Assembly: GCA_009103225.1 (NCBI GenBank) | Contig: RHPI01001965.1 | Coordinates: 263,114 to 327,113 of the forward strand | DNA length: 64,000 bases | Direction: 5' to 3' | Origin: Chlorokybus atmophyticus | Taxonomy: Eukaryota > Plantae > Mesostigma and Chlorokybus algae | Part shown: positions 1 to 12,388 of the stretch, one piece after another | Layout of the letters: each line of letters starts with the position of its first letter | Position numbering within the stretch: the first letter of the stretch is position 1 | Notes under the pieces: model-generated | What the model saw: only the letters and a program-made list of their open reading frames with translations | What the model was told of the DNA's origin: nothing | Database searches by the model: none | Program-made: the position numbers and the translations under genes

Positions 1-938
1 CACGCAGAACTTGCAACCTACGCCCCTACCCGCAACCTCAACTTCACACGCTCCTAAGTATGTGTGGGCCCATAACCTGTTAAGAGCTAGCTTCAGTGCA
101 GTCAATACTAGCTTAGTATAAAAGTCACTGTATGTGGCATATACAGGTGGGACTGCAATACTTTTCTCTTTTGTGATAACATGCTTCTATGTTACACTTG
201 GTGTTCCCCTAATGTGAGCGCATGTATGAGGTAGGGCGCATACATGCACACCAATTCTTAATAGGCTCCGACTACTAGGCTATGGTAGCAAAAGACGCTA
301 ACATAAGTGGAGGTCTGTCTCGATGTATCTCAATTGTGATAGTTAGAAACGCGGCAAGAGCCCTTACGCATCAATTAAGAAATTGCAGTCACACGTAGCT
401 CTAACTATGCATTGTTTAGTGTGGCCGCATCCACCTCAAGTTGCCTCGTGTGCTACCTTCATGAGACAATGCTTTCTTCTGTAGTATTGCATTATGGTTT
501 ATACAAATACATAGCATGATTACCCAACAATGTGCACTGTACTTATTGATGACAAGTTCATCGATGTTTTTATGTAGGCTTTCGTCTTAATTAAGATTAG
601 CTCAATTATTATTACATTATACTGTGTACGAGTGACAAGATACGTGGCACACGACACAAATAACCCATATGATACAATAGCAGATAGCCAACTCGATTGT
701 ATATACATTAGCATAGCGTTTGAGCGTGGGCGGCAGGGGTCGATGCAGAGCGTGGGCGTGCAGCAGCATGGGGGGATTAAAGCGCAAGTCGACCAATTTC
801 ATGTTGTGATTTGGGGTGGTATTTGTTATTGCAATGCTTGCTTCTGACTGCTGCTGCTGCCGTCGCTGTTGCTGCCGCTGCTGATTGTTACTGCTATAGC
901 AGCAGCAGCACCAGCACTATGTTCACATTGTAGTTGAG

Positions 939-1235
939 TGCTGTGCACAGCAACTTGTGTGCGCAGCGATTAACTGGTCGCTGAAATGCTGCGTGATGTG
1001 TCTAGTTGCTATTGTTACTAGTTGTGGTTAATTGCTGCGCACCGCAACTTGTTTGCGCAGCAATCGACCGGTTGCCGATGTAATATTGCTGCTAATTATT
1101 GATTGCAGACGATTGCTGCGCACAGCCACTTCAGTGCGCAGCAATTAATGCGTCGCTGTAGTGCAACTCTCCGCGCAATAACTTGGTTACTAATTATTCT
1201 TGAGTGTTGCGCATAGAATTTGCTATGTGCTGCGC
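939..1235. repeat. Tandem array (~80-95 bp period, 4 copies) of hairpin-forming units ATTGCTGCGCAC-N10-GTGCGCAGCAAT
   Basis: Copies at 939-969, 1031-1064, 1112-1145 and a degenerate one at 1206-1235. Each has an inverted repeat of up to ~12 bp, and the sequences between copies are related to each other. Confidence 0.8.
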
Positions 1236-1529
1236 TTTTACTATATTGCTGTGTTGAAGTTGCGACTAGTTACTATTGTAGTTGCTGTACCTTGATTGTT
1301 GTTGTACATTGCTGGTGGCTGTATCTTGCTGTCAGCACAGCCACCAGCAACACCTTGTCGATAACGGATGTAGACAATGGAATCACATGATGTATATTGC
1401 TATGCAGTGCAAACAAGAACACTCCAGAGGGGAGAAGTACATGAGAACACTACTCCGCGCCAATCGAAGTGTTCACGTCTGCCCCCACCATTGCAGTACG
1501 CCTCCGGTTGCTCCTTGTTCTGCTGCCAA

Positions 1530-1790
1530 CATCTTCAAGTTCCAACATCTTGGACCCCCCTTAGCTGCCTGCTCTTAGAGGTTTAAGATCTTAAACCTCT
1601 TCGAGCTATATGTTCCTGGAGGTTTATAATCTTGGACCTGCATTCACTTTGAGGTAAGAGAGTCCAAGATCTTGGACCATCGTTTAGCTGTATGCTCTTG
1701 AAGGTTTAATAAGTTAAACCTCCCTTTGCTGCCTGCTATTGGAGTTCTCCAGTAATGCAATTGCTTCTTATGAACTTACTACTTTGTAAA
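1530..1790. repeat. ~42-bp minisatellite (5-6 copies) with palindromic core
   Basis: Units such as agctgcctgctcttagaggtttaagatcttaaacctcttcg and agctgtatgctcttgaaggtttaataagttaaacctcccttt. Perfect palindromes gaggtttaagatcttaaacctc and gtccaagatcttggac are present. Confidence 0.75.
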
Positions 1791-3416
1791 CTGCAGACAA
1801 CGCTTGGCAAATGTTAGCCCTGGTCAAGGATTGCAACAAAAGCCTGCAGGCACGCAGCAAAAATAAAGTGTCAGTAAGAAGAAGCAAGATAAGATTCCTC
1901 CACTTGAAAGTTCCCCAAAGTTGAAGACATCGGTCGTATCTCTTCCAATGATGACGAGCAGAACAACAAGCGAGCAGATAGCAGTGACAATCAGCCCGAC
2001 ATCAACAATAAGCAATGCAAAAAAGACTCTAGCGTCAGCAGTGATGCAAATAAACACGTCATCTACTCTTATGAGTAACCAAGGGTGTGCAGCAGGTGTC
2101 GCTTTAATGAACTGTGTGTGATGTATACAAGCTAGGGACTAGCTTGTGTTGACAGATAATGATGTAAAGTTGCCTTGGGGCGGAAAAAAGAATACAATTA
2201 AGTCGTCCTGGTGTTATTGGTGCAATTTGAAAAAGCAATAGATCAGGCTGAGCGCCAACATGTTTGGAAGTTGCGATACATGGGTCAGGACAATTTCCGT
2301 TTCAATGTGAAGCATAAGGTATGCATCGTGTCTATGAGCGTGGGGTACTTGAGTTCAAGATCTTGCGTCACTTGAGTTCCAAAATCTTGCTAACCTTATC
2401 GTGCACAGAGCACAACATCTACCTACGCCCTACTTAGAGCGTTGCTCAGATGAAAAGTCCATCTACTGTCTCGGGTTGCCCTACAGCAATATCAGCGATG
2501 ACAATGACATGTATGGTGGTCCTTTGTGGACGACGACCATATTGGCATTGTGGTGCAGATTTTTAGTTAGAATGCGTTTGTTGTGGTAACATCGACTTAC
2601 CACCACGCCAGCAGCAGTGAGTCGTTGTGTTCCAAGATATGCAAGGTCCATCAACCGCGTGTAGCAACTGAGGCTACTGTGTTGTCTTCTGTACAGCAAT
2701 TGGCTTTTCCCACGTACTTTACATCTCGGGCCAGCAGCGATCATGTGGTAGTGGCCTGCTCCAAGGACGAAGACAATGATGTTGGTTTGCACCACGCAAA
2801 CCTTGAGCGCTCCTATCAAAGCTTGGGGACCCGAATGAGCGGCGTCAATAGCCTGCATATCTACGCTTTGCCACGCAAGTTCGGTCTCCCCATATATTAC
2901 GACAATATACCTACTATTTCGCGACTGAGAGAACACCTTCCCTCTCATTCAGATCTCAAGAGCAGGGTTGATGTCAGATTGGAGCTGATAAAGACTGATG
3001 AGGGTCGGGATTCGTTAAAAATTTTGTATGACGCCAGAGCAGTAGCTGACCGCAGCAATGCTTTGCTCAGTGATATAACGCGGAGTTAATGAACCGCTTT
3101 GATGGCGAAGTTAAGCCCAAAGATGGTCAACCAAGCTCAGCAATTCTCCCGAAGGCTTGCTTTGAATTTTGTGCCTTGCCGCTAGGACACTAGAGAGATG
3201 TTTTAACTGGACCTTGATTGGGATGCTGGTGGCAACTGCTGATATACATACTGCGGCGGCACATGGCGACTGGCGGCGGCGGCGGTGGCAGCGTTCTAGG
3301 CAAGGTTTTCACGGGCATGATTGCGGGGGGCGGCTGGTGTGGGTTGCCCCCACGCCCAGCCGCCTGCCCACTAGCTGCAACTTCCCGATCCACACTATTT
3401 CTGGCGGAGCGGAGGT

Positions 3417-6118
3417 ATGGTCAACGCCAACACCTCCGCGCAGGGGGGCGAGCTGATGGACGAGGCGGAGGCGATGCAGACCGCCCGCTCTCCTGCTCAC
3501 CTCTCTCTCCCCCACCTTCCCCTTACTTCTCCGGCTATCTTCGACAGCGGACCACCCCGGGCTGGGGTCCTCCCAGCAACCTCCGGCCCGGCTTGGGTTG
3601 CAGGCGATCCCCGGCATTCTGCCGGCCGTCCTGCCCCGAGTATCAACGACACGCTTGCTGGGGCCTCCACTGGAGGCCCCCTCCCAACAGCTGAGTACAT
3701 GGATTCGGTTGTTGCTGCTTGCACAGACGCACAGTCATTTGCTCCAGTCGCGGACGGCGATCATCAGGACTGCTTGTCCATCATCGTAGATGCCACATTG
3801 TTTGATAAGTGGCAGTCTATGTTGAGCTCCCGTGCATTAGTTTTCTCGTTTCCCTTTACACGTGCTTTGAAATTAGCCACGAGTGTTAGGCTAGCGTGGT
3901 TGCAGCTGGTGTGCTCGGATAGCCAATCTGCGGGCATGTTGGTCGCTGCACATCCAGTGGCCAGGACGGGCGATGTGCAATGTGTTTTTGCATCCGCAGC
4001 AGGGGCTTCTCAAGTGCTGGCGCGTGCTCAACGCAACCTGCTCCCGCCATGTGAAGGCAAGCAATTCCGGGTGCAGCGATGGGAGGAGGCGTCCACCTCG
4101 CGGGATTGGATATCTTTTCTCGGCATGCGGCTTGAGCTACTCCCCTTCGTGCGAGCAGCAATTTAGAGGGTGGGCAAGATTGAACACGCGCTTTCAAATG
4201 GCCAGACCGGCACAGCCCCTCCTTTCGAAACATCTAGCACGAGGTACGCCTTCCACCTCAGGCCAGGAGCTGTCGTGCCCAAGAAGCTTGCGTTTCGGAT
4301 CCCCCGTGAGGAAGGATGGGCCACATACACGGTGGACGTGATCACCTCTGCCTCCCCTCCGCTATGCTTTTACTGCAAACGCCAAGGACATACGCGTGCT
4401 CGGTGCCCACATGCACCCGTCCGCAGTGCAGCAGCACAGCAGCAGCCGGCTCAGCCAGCGTCTCTGGTGCAGAGTATTGCTCCCCCTCTTCCCCAGCCTC
4501 CAGCAAAGGACGGACGCTTGCCAAGCATTGCGAGCGAGGGCGCCCTGCCAGCAGGCCCTTCTGCGCATGCTCCTCCGACCAACTCTTCTGTTCTCCATGC
4601 TACAGATGGTTGGCAGCAGGTGACCCGGAAGGCAAGAGGTGTGGCGCGGCAGGAGGCCGGCCTGTCCAGCACCCGTACACTGCAACCACACCCTTTTGAA
4701 GGCCAGCCAGCAATCCCTCAGCCACAGCTAGGCCCGCGCACACCCCTCGCTCGGAGTCGTGGTATGACATGGTTGAGAAAGACCAGCAAACTGGAGCGCT
4801 GTTGGAGGAGTCTGCCCCCAGCACTGCCCCCTCCGCACCCCCACTGCCGGAGTCACTAGCCCCTCTCCTGGCAGGGCTTGGCATTGATACTGGTGAGGGC
4901 GAGTTTGACACCGTCTATGCAGTCCCGGTGTTGGGCACGGGGCTAGTAGCTCATGCCGGCCCGGCGCGACTGTTGCTGTCGGATGTTGGCCAGATTTTAG
5001 GCCTGCGGGTGGAGTCCCTCACGCCCCCACCGCTTGGTCATTCCCCTTCGGAGGCATGGCTGAGAGAGCGGCTGAGCGCCCCCCTCCAAGCGCTGGGATA
5101 TGCTCCAGGTGATGGCCAGGAGATGCAGCTGCGCTCCTTGCTGTCCCACGCTTTTGCTGTGCGCGGCAACGGGCGACGCCGCTCCAAGCTGTACATTTTG
5201 ATGGTCCTCCAGGCCGACGCAGCTTCGCTTACGCTTCTGCTGACAGCCTCCCAGCGTTGGGTGACAATGGAGGAATGGGAACTGTCTTTGAAAGACCGGG
5301 CAGCAGGCAGGACGGTCACTCTGGGTCTCAGCTTTTTGGCAGCGCTCCGTTCTTGGAGGGCTGCTCTCCCGCACTCTGCTTCACAAGCTTTTCTCAACGC
5401 ACACCCTCCGCACAGCTCGGCAGTGCGCAGCTTGGTAGCACGCCAGCTGTTCTCTCCGCCCAAGCTCGGGCACATGGAGCTGGAGCCTCGCAAGCTGGCA
5501 TGCTCCGCACAGCGCTTAGGACGTGAGCGAGCCAGCTTTATGTCCCAAGAAAAGGCGCCGCCTCCACAAGCGGTGCGCTTGTTGATGGTTGTCCTACGGT
5601 GCCAAGATGGCGAATGGTGGCTGGGCCTAGGTAGATGCTCCCATCCGTCACCTGTCCCCTTCGCACTCGCCAGTTCGGAAGAAGTTGCGGAGGAACCTCA
5701 ACTCCGTCGCCTCGTTGCTCGGGCCTTGCTGCTCCCGGAGGATGCCCCATGGGAGGAATGGGAGGCCGCCACTAGCGTGCTTACCATGCGTCTGCACGAA
5801 GCCCAGATACAACGCTGCGTGGTGTGGGTCTTGACGCTGCCAGAGCCTATAAACGCTACAGACGACGGTGTGGTTGTGTGGGCGAACGTACGCAAGCTCC
5901 CGTGGGTAGCATGAGGGTTGGAAGCGCTGGGGGGTCCGATCACCGCCTCGGCGCTGGGTCTGCTTCGTGCTCAGGCCCCCCAACTTCTTCCGCTCCCGCG
6001 CAACGCGGATGCCTCGTTGAGGGAAGCGCTCCAATGGGGACCTGCAGACCCGCAAGAGATTTTGCTGGAGGAGCTGCTCGGAGTTCTTCCCTCGGGAAGC
6101 ACGCCTGCAACGCCATGA
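3417..6118 (+). pseudogene. LINE ORF1 (~900 codons; in-frame stops at 4164-4166 and 5912-5914, frameshift near 4700-4770)
   Basis: The ORFs at 3417 and 4170 share a frame. The zinc knuckle is near 4365-4410. The frame opening at 4700 reads SWYDMVEKD, similar to the SWADMVEE motif of plant L1 ORF1s, and runs to TGA 6116-6118 with one internal stop. Confidence 0.75.
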
Positions 6119-9100
6119 CCACCTCCATCACCGTTGGTTCGTGGAACCTTCAAGGGTTGGGGGGGGCTGCCAGCCACCTTGGAGGCAGCAAAAGGGCAGC
6201 GTTGCTGCGTCGACTGCGAGCGTGGGGAGGCGGGGATAACTCTTCATTTGCTTGCAAGAACTAAGCTTGGCTCGTCGCCGGAGGCACTGTGGCTGAGGCG
6301 TTTCTGGAGGGGCGGCTTGGTATGGTCGTCAGCCGAAGGCAGTCGCGGGGGCGTTGCCATCTTGTACCCCTCCCGCTGGCAGGAGCATGTTATTGATTCG
6401 GGGGAGTGCGTGCCGGCGCGTTGCTGCTGGCTGCGGGTGAGGTGGGACGGCTCTACCATCCCTATTGCATCAGCATACGCACCCAATACGGAAGCTGAAA
6501 GGGCCGCATTCTTCACCACCCTCTCGGCCTCATTGCCGGAAGCTTCATACTATATTCTCGGAGGCGACTGGAATTTTATCGAGGACGCGGCGGCTGATCG
6601 CTCGCACGCTGCAGCTGTCTCTGATGTTGCGCCGGCCTCCTTTGCACAGCTGGCGGCACAGCTTGATGTTGAGGACAATTTTCGGGCACTTCATCCAGAG
6701 ACGGTCACCTTCATTCATGGAGCAACAGCAGGCGGGGACGGGAGAGGAGGGCTGCTCGCCTGGACAGGTCATATGTCAGCACGGAGCTTCGTACGCTCAC
6801 GCTTCAATCCGAGGTGAGGCTAGGGGAGGTTTTATCCAAAAATCTCCTAGCCTTGGTCTCACTGCGTTCGCTTAGCTCTCAGCCTAAGGGCCCCGGGCGC
6901 TGGAAGTTCGACCCCACCTTACTAAGAGATGGTCAATTCTGCACGGACGTCGAGGAATTTTGGGAGCACAGATGAGCACTGGCGCCTGACTCTTTGGGGT
7001 TCGTGGACTGGTTTGAGGAGGGCCTGGCGACTCTATCCACATTGGCCAAGCAGCACATGACGCGCACGCGTGCTTCGCGTCAGCAGCAAGAGCAAGCGCT
7101 CCGCCAGCTGTTGGTGACAGCGGAGAGTTCACTTGCTGCATCACCTGAGGACGACAAGTTGCAGGCTGACTGTGAGTGTCTACGAGAGCAGCTTGGAGAT
7201 GTGGAGGCGGGGGCGATGGAAGGTGCATTTATCCGCTACAGCAGCAATTGGAGGCTGTTAGGCGAACGCATGAGCCGCTCGTTTTTCGCTAGAGGTAAAG
7301 CTGACAGAATGTCCCGCCCCTTGCTGGCGTTAGATTTCACCACACAGCAGCACGATCCCCCCTCAGCACGCAATCACATCTGTAAGAGGCGGTGAGAAAC
7401 TCTACAGCCAGCCTGTATTGTTCCTCGCTGATGGCAGCTTCAGCCAAGGCGGCCGCGCAGGAAGAGTGTGTGAGACACGCAACAACCATGCTGCTCCCCA
7501 CGGACATCGCCAGCTTGGACGCCCCGGTCACGCAGGAGGAGTTGCTAGCTGCCTTGCGGTTGATGGATGCACACAAGAGCCCTGGCATAGATGGCTTCAC
7601 GGCAGCGTTTTTGCTGCACATGTGGCCAGTGCTCGGGGCGGACTATGCTAGGTACTGCGTGTTGGTGCTGGAGCGGGGGCAAATGGGCAACACACAACGC
7701 ACAGGTGTTATCACGCTCCTACACAAGAAGGGTGCTCTCGCTGATTTGAGAAACTGGCGCCCCATCACGCTACTCACGCTGCACTACAAAATCCTCGCCA
7801 AGGCTTTAGCTCTGAGGCTCTCCCCTCTGCTCCCGGAAGTCTTATCAGCGCAGCAGACAGGTTTCATCAAGCACAGGTGCATTCTGGACAACGTGCTTAC
7901 CGCGTTTGACTCCATTCATTGGGCGGATGTCTCTCACCAAAAGCTCGCTCTCCTGCTTTTGAACTTTGAGAAGGCTTTTAATCGTTTGGATTGGTCCTTC
8001 TTGGACAAAGTCCTCTGCGCGTTAGGGTTCGGGCAAACCTTCTGAGGGTGGGTGCTTACTCTTAACGGTGGGGGCTCCAGCGCGGTCATAGTCAACGGCC
8101 ACCTTACGGACGAGTTCTCTCTTCAACGCAGTGTTAGGCAAGGCTGTCCCATGGCTCCAGCCTTGTTCGTTATTGCCACTGAAGGTGCTATGCTCAAAGC
8201 AAACCCCTCATGTTGGGGGCTGGTGCTCCCTAGAGACGACACAGCTGTGCTACTCGAGGTCTCGCATCAGGCATTTTTGGCTTTTTCTGAAGTCATGCGC
8301 ACCTATTGCTTGGCCTCCGACTCTCAGCTCAGCCTGCACAAGTCCATTGGTCTACTCTTAGGCTTGGCTCGGCTCGCCCCCTCCCAGCCCCGGACTGGGG
8401 GGTAAAATGGCTGCAGCCAGGGGAAGCCACCATGCTTTTTGGGATACCAATGGGGTTGTCCCTGCAACAGCCTCAGCTATTTGCAGCGGTCCTGGAGAAA
8501 ATGCGCAAGCGGATGCACATGTGGGCGGGCCAGTACTTGTCTCTCATGGGCAAAGCATAAGTGGCTAACCAAGCCATTCTAGCTTGTTTATGGTATGTAG
8601 CTGCGGTAGCCTCTTCTTCGCGTGCAATCCTGCAGGATTTACGCATGGAGTGCATCGGCTTTCTTTAGAGAGCACAACCCTCTTCAGGACCCCCTTCACT
8701 CACGGTGCGAAGCGAACGTGCAATGGCGGGTGCTGTGTCTCCCCAAGAGCGCAGAGGGCCCAGGAGTGCTCGACCCCTCTCTGCAATCACAGGCACTGCT
8801 TGCGAAGTGGGCGGCGAGGTTGGGTGATCCCTCTTGGGCACCATGGAAAATCCTCGGCTACCAGAAGCTGGCTGTGTGGGCCTCGGATTCTAGAGACCCA
8901 GCGACACAGTGGCTGCCCCCAGCTGCAGCACTCCTCTCTTCTGACCTGCCAGTACACGGACGGGTTGCACACCATTGGCAGGCCATATTTAAGGCGTGGA
9001 AGGCTGTTGCTCCCACTCACCGCCCCTCCCCTTCTAACTACGAGGAAGCTTTAAGGCAGCACATCTTCTTCACCGCACACATTCCCCTCCCGGACGGAAA

Positions 9101-9960
9101 GGTGTTGGGAGCGGGGAAGAGCAAGCAATGGTTCCGCCCGTGGGCAAGAGAAGGGTTCCACATGGTGTGCGACCTGTGGGACCCTCTCCTTAGGCGCCCC
9201 TACACGGCAGCAAAGCTTTACTATTGGGTCCCGCACTGCACTCAGCTGCGACTGAACACTATCGGGGAGGCTATCCCGCACAGCTGGCTTGGCCTTCTAT
9301 CTGCAGGTCCGAGCCTGCCAGCGGCAGGAGAATGATGGGCCGCACCTGCAATGGAAGGCGGCTTGTCCTCGGTGCTTATGGTGTCGTCCGTGTGTGCGGC
9401 ACATTGTCATGGACTGCTTTTCCCCCTGGCAGGGCGGGAACACAACTCACTGCTAGCAGGAGAGGAGGCGGGCCAGCTTTCTCTTCACGAGGCTCGTCGC
9501 GTTCAAGTGCTACCCCCCCCCCCCCCCCCCCCCNCCGTTCTCGCCAGCCTGGCAGGAGCTGCCACCGGTGTTCGTTACCAAGGGTGGTTTGTAGTGGGTG
9601 GAGCGGCTATTGCAGACGTGCACTGCGACCCCATGGCTGCAGGCTAGTCTGCGGAGCCAGGCTTTTATCCAGCTGCGCCCACGCTGTGGGATTACTCCGC
9701 TCGGGTGGGTTACTGCCTGCTGTCCCTTAAGTCAGCACACTTGGCGCCAGGCCCTCAGCGATGGGGCATGTTGGATTCGGCGCTACCTTGGCCGCAAATC
9801 TGGAGAGGCATACACTCCTCGCCGTTTCCGGGTAAACGTAGAACGCTCATGTGGCTTGTTGCTCATAGCGCACTCTTCACTGGAGAACGGCTGCAGTACC
9901 TCGGAGCGGATGCGGAGTGCCTGACCTGCCATTACGCTCCTGTCGAGACCACGTGTGTAC
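6115..9960 (+). pseudogene. LINE ORF2 (AP endonuclease, reverse transcriptase, C-terminal zinc-binding motif), disrupted
   Basis: Starts MTTSITVGSWNLQG at ATG 6115. Pieces continue through ORFs 6134-6817, 6994-7395, 7392-8045, 8052-8405, 8306-8560, 8622-9335, 9351-9647 and 9705-9977. Confidence 0.9.
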
Positions 9961-12279
9961 TTTGGAAAAATAAGTAAATTCTACGAAGAGCTGGTGAGTA
10001 ATAATCCGCTTTGAGTTAATGAACCTCTCATATCTTAGCTACCTTGCTGACCACTTTGCTGTACCATTGCCTTCGCGGGAACAGCACAATTGGATGTCGA
10101 GTACAAAGCACTTACAGCAGAGCACGTAGCTACGCATATTCCGCTTCCGCCACTCAACGCATGCGGCCATTCGCTGAGGGGATTTTGCATGAAATGTTCA
10201 CAGGATTCAACCATAACTCTGCTCGGCACCTTGCAATGCTGGGCTAGTGGCTGATCAAAGACAACGCTGCGCAAGCAGCGGGGGGTGACGATAAGTTCAA
10301 ACAAGTGAAATGGTGGGTGTCTAATTCAATGGCCAATGCTGTGATACTTAAGTTGTGACATGTGTGAGCATCGATGAGGATCAGTAACAGGAGGTATCAT
10401 AACCCGCATATCTGTTTTGTAGTGAATGGCTACGTAGAGGCATTGGAAGAAATGGCAGACGAGCAGAAGTGGCAGCAGCTGCACGACGAGTTGCAGAATG
10501 TGGATCTCCCAGCTAACGCTGCAGTCATGGAAGTGGATGCTGAAGCTGCTGTAGAGCCTCCTATAGATGAGCACAAGAATGAAGGAGACAACATCAAGCA
10601 AGAGAGACTTCAGATGCGGAGGAGGACGATGATGCTGCCGCAGAGGCTCAGCAAGCTGAAGAGACTTTACGATGTCGGCTGGCGCAGCTGATGGACACTT
10701 TCTTAGACCTCAACTATATGAGCGGCGATGAAGGCGAGCCCTCGCCTGATAAAGCGAAGCCCATTAGCAGCAGTGGCAACGTGGTGGACCTGATAGCCAA
10801 CAGCCCCAAGGAGGCTAATATGCTTGATTGTGACGGCGCTCGTCCTTGTCACCTGTGAGTTGGTCCAATCAACAACCCTCTCACCAAGACACGGTATTCA
10901 CACCGGAACCTTGCCCCCTCTGCCAAGCACACGCGCGCCCCGCCACTCGCGTACGCACGCGCATGCGCTCTAAGTTACACACCAACTTGTGTAGCGCCTT
11001 CGATCGTCACACAAGCAAGCACACACCAGTGGACACACGCTAGCAACCCTGCTAACCACCACCAAGCTTGCACACCAAAAACTAGGGAGCTAAAGGTTAT
11101 ATTGCAAATTGGAAAATGTCACTTTTATACCTACCAGTCTGCACATGCTACAGTCTAGACGATTCTAGCGCTAGACGGAAATAGAAGCTAAGATATTCTT
11201 GCAGAATCTTGTTGTACACTTTTAGACCTTTTCGACGCACAAAAGAGTTCCTCATTTGATGCTCATATGGTCAAGTTAGACTACTTGGCGCCAGGCTCCC
11301 AGAAATCGGTCGAGCCCTTCTTGACTGGCCCTCCGTTTTCGGGCGTCTTCCAAACTGCCCTGGGCCGGTCGATATCTGCGGCAGACTCGCAACTCGCCGA
11401 TATCAGCCACAAGTCATGAAGAACATGATATCTTACAAATAAGGCCTAAAATGGCCATGAAAATCACGAAATTTGGCCTTGACTGTTACATCGATGGACA
11501 AAAAGAAGAGGATCAGAAGGAGTCAGATGTGGCCTCAGGGAGCCGCTTACATCTTGTGCAAGGCTGTTCTGTTCTTGACTATGATATCCCTGTAGACTTT
11601 GATAGCATGCACCCCAAGTGCGGCGCAGCAGGGTGTGCCAAGTGTTCGCACGCGGAGTGCATCACACGCTTCATAGGGCTCATAGGGAAAGAGGTCCAGC
11701 AGAGCCCTATACACGGACCACCACCCCGATGTGTCTGAAGAGTGGAAACAGGCAACGGCAGACCAAGGAAAGACAACCCAGACACGCAACATTCGAGACC
11801 GCAGTGTCTGCCAAGATGTTGAAGGCTGCAAGCAGTGCTGGCCTTAGGAATCACAACAGGAATTGGTGCCGAGCTTTGCAGACTTGGATGTGGCTGGGTC
11901 TGCAAGCCAACTCTCCATCCCAAGTGCAAGCCAAGTCTTCGGCACTGCCTCGCCACCTTGAAGGCTCAACGTAAATAGAGTTCTACTACTTTGCTGCTGT
12001 CAGCACGTCCGATAACTGTTGCTCCCAAGGATAAACTTGTACAGTAGGACATATAGTGGGCTTATTAACATTGTGTATGCTGTGTATGTTGCCCTTGCGT
12101 GTATAGAAGTTATCTGTACATCAAGATCTTCATATGTGTTAAGACGTGCATCTTATAAATGACAAGATCATTGCCATAGCTTAGTAAATTCGACATGCTC
12201 TGAATTTGCCCTGATGTACTTGAGAGATTACACGCTTGGAGGTGCTGCTCAAGTCATCGATATCGTGTCATATCGTGGT

Positions 12280-12388
12280 TGGACGTAAACAGCGTCCCAA
12301 CTGCAAGTAGCTTGCACATAGTGCCAATTAACATTAGACGCAAACGGTATCCCAATTGCAAGTAGCTTGCACATTATGCCAATTACAA
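12280..12388. repeat. Tandem duplication of a ~54-bp unit containing the near-palindrome tgcaagtagcttgca
   Basis: tggacgtaaacagcgtcccaactgcaagtagcttgcacatagtgccaatta is followed by ttagacgcaaacggtatcccaattgcaagtagcttgcacattatgccaatta. Confidence 0.75.

Larger units (their letters stand above)
3200..9960 (+). mobile_element. Non-LTR retrotransposon, L1 clade (ORF1 plus APE-RT ORF2), inactivated; boundaries approximate, 3' end apparently truncated
   Basis: ORF1 has a CCHC knuckle (CFYCKRQGHTRARC). ORF2 has APE motifs (SWNLQGL, ILGGDWNFIED) and RT motifs (KSPGIDGFTAAF, NWRPITLLTLHYKILAKAL, QQTGFIKHRCILDN, NFEKAFNRLDW, RQGCPMAPALF), plus a C-terminal Cys motif (CLTCHYAPVET). There are multiple in-frame stops and frameshifts. 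Confidence 0.93.

Noticed and set aside
939-1235. CRISPR array
   Set aside because: Spacers are related to each other, repeats are degenerate, the context is eukaryotic, and there are no cas genes.
5912-5914. Selenocysteine or programmed read-through TGA in the LINE
   Set aside because: The element has many other stops and frameshifts, so ordinary decay explains it; no SECIS evidence.
11451-11974. Cys-rich ORFs (CGAAGCAKCSHAEC) as a PHD or other zinc-finger gene
   Set aside because: Fragmentary, with no splice-consistent model; most likely decayed TE sequence.
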